From Macrostomum lignano (lineage: Eukaryota): a stretch of 64,000 bases of DNA. Where the stretch lies: positions 1-64,000 of the forward strand of contig NIVC01000029.1 in the NCBI GenBank assembly GCA_002269645.1, given 5' to 3'. Position 1 is the stretch's first letter, and the number at the start of each line of letters is the position of its first letter. This document shows positions 57,158 to 64,000 of the stretch, piece by piece. The translations under genes and the position numbers were made by a program. The notes beneath the pieces are model-generated. The model did not search any database, was not told the origin of the DNA, and saw nothing but the letters and a program-made list of their open reading frames with translations.

Positions 57158-57208
57158 CTAAGACATTAAGAAATTAAGACAGACAGACAGAGAGATAGAC
57201 AGACAGAC

Positions 57209-57247
<39 letters not shown>

Positions 57248-57358
57248 CTAAGACATTAAGAAATTAAGACAGACAGACAGAGAGATAGACAGACAGACAC
57301 AAAGACATGAAGGCACTAAGGCATTAATACATTAAGGCACTAAGACATTAAGACATTA

Positions 57359-57401
<43 letters not shown>

Positions 57402-57420
57402 TAGATAGACAGACAGACAC

Positions 57421-57519
<99 letters not shown>

Positions 57520-57559
57520 CTAAGACATTAAGACATTAAGACAGACAGGACGGACGGAC
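56793..57559. repeat. Compound (CAGA)n microsatellite, inverted relative to 55666-56192; COQ9 intron 2
   Basis: Seen directly; shares the GACACTAAGACATTAAGAC interruption motif. Confidence 0.97.
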
Positions 57560-58468
57560 ATATAGACGCAGCAGTTAAACCTCCCACACTCACCACATCA
57601 AAGGCGCCGCCAGCCACTTGCCGTGCAGTCCTAATAGCGGCTAGATCCTTGTTAATCCTCCGATCCAAAAAGGCCCAAGTGTTGACCAGATCCTCGCTGA
57701 CATCCTGCAGCATGAAGGCTTCAGTCGATGCGTACACCGCCCCAACAGCCAGTCGCCGAGCGTACCACCCGAGGTCGGTGGATCTGTCCCCGGCGTAGTG
57801 GCAGATGTCGTCGGCAAGTCTTTGAAGTCTGGCCGCAGATTCCAGGGCCAGACTGGGCGATCCGGTGAGAGTGGCGATGCCAGCTGGCCAGTAGGGTAGC
57901 AGCGGTCGGATCATGCTGAGCCGCTCGCGACAGGCGAAACTGCATTGGAGAGTGAATGGCTGTGAGAGTGAATGGCTGTGAGAGTGAATGGCTGTGAGAG
58001 TGAATGGCTGTGAGAGTGAATGGCTGTGAGAGTGAATGGCTGTGAGAGTGAATGGCTGTGAGAGTGAATGGCTGAGTGAATGGCTGAGAGCAAATATAAG
58101 AGCATAAAGTATAATACGCAACCAACGCACCCCACCAGCTCTAAAGAAATTTCACCCGCAGAGCTTAAGCCACTTGATCTGAGTTTGAGCTGCGCCTCCA
58201 GCTTATCATTGCAGCTGTCAATAAAGTACAGGGCCAAATCCGCTCCGCCACGCGGCGCCGCCAAATCCGCCATTGTCTCTGGCAGGTCCAGGGTTCGAGC
58301 CCCGGCTTCCACGCAGCTCCGAGTCCAGCCGAGATCTGGCACCCGAGCGAGGGCTTCGTCTAAAACTTGACCTCGGATCTGAGACTCGCACGGCGAAGTT
58401 GACAACAGTCGGCAAGCCACGCAGAGGCGGCTGCCAGCAGAAAACCGAAATGCGATTGACGCGAGCAT
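57560..58468 (-). CDS. COQ9: Ubiquinone biosynthesis protein COQ9 (mitochondrial); exons 58468-58131 and 57939-57560; short final exon not resolved
   Basis: Transit-peptide-like start MLASIAFRFSAGSRLC; COQ9 motifs (LDEALARVPDLGWT, RERLSMIRP, LADDICHYAGDRSTDLGWYARR, STEAFMLQDVSED..NTWAFLDRRI). Phase-2 intron GTGCGT...TGCAG joins ELVG to FACRERL. Confidence 0.88.
57950..58090. repeat. 16-bp tandem repeat (GAGTGAATGGCTGTGA) filling most of COQ9 intron 1
   Basis: About 8 units inside the 191-bp intron 58130-57940. Confidence 0.95.
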
Positions 58469-58613
58469 CTGGTCTGGAAGCAGATTTGTTGAATAAATTT
58501 GTTAACTCAGACTCTACCGGGCAGCTGCTGATATGCTAAGGTTAGGTTACCTACTTTCTGATAGGTAGTTGTACTTAGTTTTCAAGTTAGAGGCAGGAGG
58601 CTGTGTGCACCCT

Positions 58614-58895
58614 GGCGCACTTTAAGCGACACTGTCACACAACCGGCGAGAGGCATTGCTGCCCATTCCGTCGACTCCCCTGAGCAGGCACACAAGCGCG
58701 CGGATACGTACGCAGTCATACGCACAGGCACACACTCACACAGGAGTGCACAGCGGCCCTGACTTTATTTATCGTTAAACATGTACACTTCACTGTGCCT
58801 CGGGGGTTGGCCCTCAAGGGGCGTTAATTGCACGAGCAGAGCCAAGCCGAGATTCCAATTTAGCCCCAGATTAATGTGACTGCACTCGGAATCGA
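58614..58895. repeat. Unclassified dispersed repeat, ~280 bp, copy 2, ~150 bp upstream of the COQ9 ATG
   Basis: Aligns with 42755-43035. Confidence 0.85.
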
Positions 58896-59604
58896 GCCTG
58901 GGCCGCTGGCAGATCACTAGGTTACGGCGTTCTGTAATTTCATTTATGTACATATTGTACCAGCATATGTTGTCTTCTATAAAAGGGCCTTTATTCGTGC
59001 ATAAGCACCTGTGCATCCTTTTGGAGCTCTTTGCACAAGAGCGCATTGTCACCAGAGAGCACCTGTGGGTCGATTTAAGCATGCAAAAAAGCCCAAACCC
59101 GCGGACACATTTTGGTACAACGGATGGAGCTTCCAATAAGCTATTATTATTATAAAATAAGGTTTTGAAATTTTTATTCATTAAACTTGACAACTATATA
59201 GTCCACTAGTTGTGGGACGATCGAGCCAGTAAGTACTGTTGCGAAATCGAACCTGATAAGATGTAGCAACGGTGCCATATAGGAAAATCACGCTTTACAA
59301 TTTATAAACGCTGCCGTTTTTAAATGGCTTGACCGATTTACAAACAGTTTTGGCTAAAATTTGTCAAAGACTTAGTGCTACCAGATCCGCAGTGTTTGGT
59401 TGCCATGGCGACGCATGTTGGTGAGGGTGAAGCGGGGTGTGGTGGACGGTGAGCCCCGACATGTGACATCTCCTACCCAACAATTAAGTCGATTAGGCGG
59501 ATGTATGTATTGGGGATGCATCTAAATATAGCTTCTTAGTTAGTTACAAAGAGCAACTAACCAATCGTCCCACCTTTGAAGACTAAAGAGCCTTCATTCA
59601 CTAG

Positions 59605-59920
59605 TATATCTATATAATAATAATAATAAGTAAATAATTGATTACACCTGCCCCAGTGGGCAAATGTGCAACCGACAGCTCAGCCCCAGCTATTGCGCGG
59701 TGCATCTGGAGTACGGCTGTTCAGTCCAAGGACTTGGGGGTCGCCCACACACCCTCAATTACCCCAGCTAATGCAGGCACCCATTTTACAGCTGGGTGAA
59801 CTGAAGCAATGCAGAGTTAAGTGTCTTGCTCAAGGCCACAAATTGTTCCAGTTTATTCGGGATTCGAACCCCCTACCTTCAAGTCGTGAGTCCGACGCTC
59901 TAACCACTAGGCTACAACCC
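59605..59920 (-). mobile_element. tRNA-derived CORE-like SINE, better-preserved copy
   Basis: The minus strand reads GGTTGTAGCCTAGTGGTTAGAGCG (A box), GGTTCGAATCC (B box), then GGCCTTGAGCAAGACACTTAACTC...CTTCAGTTCACCCAGCTGTAAAATGGG (MIR/CORE-like) and ends in a (TTA)n tail. Confidence 0.85.
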
Positions 59921-59989
59921 CCTAGACACTGGATATCTACGAGCTAGTGAAATAATGCAAGTGTCAAACATGCATGAGTTAGCGAAATC

Positions 59990-60235
59990 AATCAAAACAC
60001 AGAAAGCTGGTTTTGAACTAAATTTTACTAGACAACTGGAGACAAAGATTAAAGAAATTTGCAGTGCTAAGACACTTACTTTTAATACAGCTTCAAATGG
60101 CACTACTTAATAGATAAACTGAACAATGACTGTAAGACCAAAGATCCCCCTTACGAGAACAGGACCTGCCCAAAGTGCCATGCGGAGGTGGAAAGTGAAA
60201 TTCACTTCCTATTTGAACAGGAAATCTCGAATAAA
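59990..60235 (+). mobile_element. Decayed non-LTR retrotransposon 3' fragment (C-terminal zinc-finger region)
   Basis: 60146-60217 reads PPYENRTCPKCHAEVESEIHFLFE, resembling the R.C..C...E.E.HF motif at the end of LINE ORF2; surrounding frames have stops. Confidence 0.5.
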
Positions 60236-61234
60236 GTATCAAAATTTTAAAAGCCTTAACTGCAAAGGATAAAGCAGTTTACCCAATGACTCAAAAAGAT
60301 CGAAGCACATTGGAAATTCCAGCAAAATCCATCAAAGACATGCACAAGCTAGAATGCAACTGCCCTGAGACTTCATATTGGCTTCATAAATAAGCTTGAA
60401 TGCTCTTCTTACGCAAGAGATCTTAACTCCCGTCACGTCGAAAATCTTTTTCACTAGCTTTTCTACAATTTCTACAAAGCTATGTATTTTATACAATTCT
60501 GCTTCTATTATCCAGCAATTTCTTGTTTATGTCTAAAGACAGACGGCAGTAGCCAGACACCCTAATAAAAAATTATTGAATGAAGAACAAGAGAAAAAGA
60601 AAACATTTTAGCGAATTTTGTGATAAAAAACCGGGTCTGTGATAAAAATTGCACAATTTTTAGGAATTTTTCAGAATGTGGAAAATTTAAAACTATTCCC
60701 TAAAGTTATCTATTTCTGGAGCCCCGAAAATTCCTGACTATTAAATTAAAACTTATCAACAGTCTGAATTCCTAAAACTCCCCGTGTTCTTTTAAGCTCA
60801 CTGAATTCCCCAAGCTCTTATCAGGGAAAGCATAACAGAATCTACCACTCAAAAGTCCCCTGTACAGCCAAAGCAAATAAACTTGTTGACGCAACTGTCG
60901 CAACAATTAAGTGATGACAGCAATTTGCACTGCGCGAGAGCAAAGAGTCAAAGAGACCAAGAATTTTAGAATTTCGCTGAATAATCAAATTTCAAACTGC
61001 ATCGAAGAAAAACACCTGCCTAATTATTCGATGACAAAATATTTATAAGCTACTGACTAGACCGAGGTTATATTACTTGAAAAGATGTGCGAAAGCCTCC
61101 CGACATGCCAAGGTCCCAAAGCCCATAGGCCCTGTAAATATAAATTTTCCTAAAATCAAAAAGCCAAACTTCCAAACATCACAACCTAAACTTATTCAAC
61201 ACGTACAACTTAGGCCTTAAGCTTAATTCTCAAT

Positions 61235-62472
61235 TCTAGATCCCTAAAAGTCGATTCTACCATCTCAGATCCCTAAAAGTCGATTTACCATCTCAGATCC
61301 CTAAACTCGATTCTACCATCTCAGATCCCTAAAACTCGATTCTACCATCTCAGATCCTTAAAACTCGATTCTACCATCTCAGATCCCTAAAACTCGATTC
61401 TATCATCTCATCAGATCCCTAAACTCGATTCTACCATCTCAGATCCCTAAAACTCGATTCTACCATCTCAGATCCTTAAAACTCGATTCTACCATCTCAG
61501 ATCCCTAAAACTCGATTCTATCATCTCATCAGATCCCTAAACTCGATTCTACCATCTCATCAGATCCCTAAACTCGATTCTACCTTCTCATCAGATCCCT
61601 AAACTCGATTCTACCATCCCAGATCCCTAAAACTCTATTCTACCATCCATCTCATCAGATCCCTAAAACTCTATTTTACCATCCCAGATCCCTAAAACTC
61701 GATTCTACCATCTCAGATCCCTAAAACTCGATTCTACCATCTCAGATCCCTAAACTCGATTCTACCATCTCAGATCCCTAAAACTCGGTTCTACCATCTC
61801 AGATCCCTAAAACTCGATTTTACCATCCCAGATCCCTAAAACTCGATTCTACCATCCCAGATCCCTAAAACTCGATTCTACCATCTCAGATCCCTAAAAC
61901 TCGATTCTATCATCTCATCAGATCCCTAAACTCGATTCTACCATCCATCTCATCATATCCCTAAACTCGATCCTACCATCTTATCAGATCCCTAAACTCG
62001 ATTCTACCACCCATCTCATCAGATCCCTAAACTCGATCCTACCATCTTATCAGATCCCTAAACTCGATTCTACCACCCATCTCATCAGATCCCTAAACTC
62101 GATCCTACCATCTCATCAGATCCCTAAAACTCGATTCTACCATCCCAGATCCCTAAAAGTCGATTCTACCATCTCAGATCCCTAAAAGTCGATTCTACCA
62201 TCTCAGATCCCTAAAAGTCGATTTTACCATCTCAGATCCCTAAACTCTATCCTACCATCCCATCAGATCCCTAAACTAGATTCTACCATCCATCTCATCA
62301 GATCCCTAAACTCGATTCTACCATCTCATCAGATCCCTAAACTCGATTCTATCATCTCATCAGATCCCTAAACTCGATTCTATCATCTCATCAGATCCCT
62401 AAAACTCGATTCTACCATCTCATCAGATCCCTAAACTCGATTCTATCATCTCAGATCCCTAAAACTCGATTA
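61235..62472. repeat. Minisatellite, ~29-bp unit (TCAGATCCCTAAAACTCGATTCTACCATC) with length variants
   Basis: About 40 units seen directly. Confidence 0.97.
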
Positions 62473-63186
62473 CAAATCTTAGATATCTTCAGTGCGATTC
62501 CCAAATACCACGTCCCTAAATTCTATTCCAATTTTTTTACAGTGAGACTCTAACAGACAAGACCAAAAGTTAAGGAGCAGGTTTCGAAACAAGCAGAAAC
62601 AAGTTGCTTTTCTTATTGACACAGACATCAGGTGTGCTTTCTTCAATAATTATTGTTGACGACAGAAACATTTAAGGAGACTTCAAAGGATTCTGATAGA
62701 TAGAAATAGAAATTATCCAAATGAAAGATTCAAGAAAAACGACACCTACAGCTGCACCCAAGGTGCGAAAATTTTGAAAGAAAAACATTTCTCGGAGCAT
62801 GTAAACTGCTCATTTATGCATTATAAATCCCAGTATTTTAAAGTTAAAGCGAAAACACCTATAAACAGTCTTTAAGAGACTGTAAAAAATCGAAAAAAGT
62901 CATCACGTGACTTTTATTTGCTGGATGCATCATGCTATGCATCAAATGCATCAAAGATAATTCAATGGCAATTAAAGCTAAAAATATGGATTCTACGAGC
63001 GCGTGGATGTCAAAAAGCTATTTGACTACCTGGAACACCGCATGATTTTTTTTCTATTTCTGTATTTTCACTACATTTTTCTTAGCCTTAGTCATTATCC
63101 CTAATTCAAAATATTTTTTCGTAAATTTCTGCGCATATATTTACCACAGGCATCATGCTAATAGCATGCACTCTCCAGTTATCATG

Positions 63187-63408
63187 GAGATGCCAATTCT
63201 CAGTAGGGAAATCGCTGAGATGCCAATTCTCAATGGGGGAATCGCTGAGATGCCAATTCTCAATGGGGGAATAACTGAGATGCCAATTCTCAATGGGGGA
63301 ATCGCTGAGATGCCAATTCTCAATGGGGGAATAACTGAGATGCCAATTCTCAATGAGGGAATCGCTGAGATGCCAATTCTCAATGAGGGAATCGCTGAGA
63401 TGCCAATA
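63187..63408. repeat. Minisatellite, 30-bp unit (GAGATGCCAATTCTCAATGGGGGAATCGCT) x ~7
   Basis: Seen directly; explains ORFs 63106..63477, 63153..63383 and 63166..63429. Confidence 0.95.
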
Positions 63409-64000
63409 GCTAGTCAAAGAATATCGTAAATTACTCAACAACACTTGAGCCCTGAAAGCGACACTTGGTTGTGTCATAAAAATCTAGAAATTTTTACTTG
63501 TCTTTGCTAAATTAAGGGAGTAAGGGATAAATAAGGGAATTTTGTTGACATTTCCTCCGTCACTAGATGCAATACGACGCCAAGAGGACTATAAATAATT
63601 TGCCGATTGCTTTATAACTTAAAATGTAAATCTCTTAAGCAGTTTAGAGCCCGTTACTTGAAGACTTCTTGCAGGTTACTCGCAAATCTTTGATTGCAAA
63701 CTTTCTAATAGTCTCAAAATCTTTCTAACAAACGACACTGCTAATAGTCTGTCTTAATCAGCAACTTTTGACTAAAACTAGATGATTTACAGGTCTAGCA
63801 TAGCTTTTTTCACACTTTCACATCTTTCTCACATAGCTACAGTTCGTATCTGCTTACGAAAGTCTAAGACATTCTCCGTAGTAAGTTTAGAGTGGGTGCT
63901 AACTTTGATGTAATTTGGTTGAGCAGTTTGGGAGTAAATAGCGATCAAATTTGTACACAGACAGACGACACCGAGTTTTCATTTTTATAGGTATAGATAG

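Noticed and set aside
59860-59920. tRNA gene
   Set aside because: Has A/B boxes but runs into a CORE-like domain and tail, with a diverged second copy; it is a SINE head.
61235-62472. Telomere-like signal (CCCTAA in each monomer; CCCTTAG in 1-1010)
   Set aside because: One hexamer per 15-29-bp unit, not tandem (TTAGGG)n; no evidence of a chromosome end.
63880-64000. Possible end of a non-autonomous Helitron-like element (ACAGACAGAC...TATAGATAG)
   Set aside because: Truncated by the window edge; no diagnostic hairpin or second copy to confirm.

Overview
Eukaryotic (animal) genomic DNA. GC-rich exons, short AT-rich introns, dense minisatellites and an NPF/NPY gene are consistent with a free-living flatworm such as Macrostomum (inference; no database search was run). 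1-19 kb is a gene-poor mosaic of about 15 mostly unrelated tandem arrays plus two MITEs. Genes whose splice phases I checked by hand: an 8-exon ROR-type receptor tyrosine kinase (19089-25568, +); a 10-exon, about 3,900-aa apolipophorin/apoB-like large lipid transfer protein (27038-39914, +) with a 1.3-kb tandem duplication of its 3' end; an intronless neuropeptide precursor carrying two NPF/NPY-type peptides (45026-45376, -); and COQ9 (57560-58468, -, last exon unresolved). A full-length, very young Ty3/gypsy LTR retrotransposon (46483-55552, 4-bp TSD) lies 1 kb upstream of the neuropeptide gene. Also present: two tRNA-derived CORE-like SINEs, a dispersed ~280-bp repeat and a LINE remnant. Most notable: the two-peptide NPF+NPY precursor; an LTR that has absorbed a copy of its own old U5 end plus a perfect tRNA-Leu PBS; and introns made almost entirely of microsatellite, two of which start with the same compound repeat exactly at the GT donor. 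Five reading-frame breaks in LLTP and pol are all -1 and probably assembly errors.
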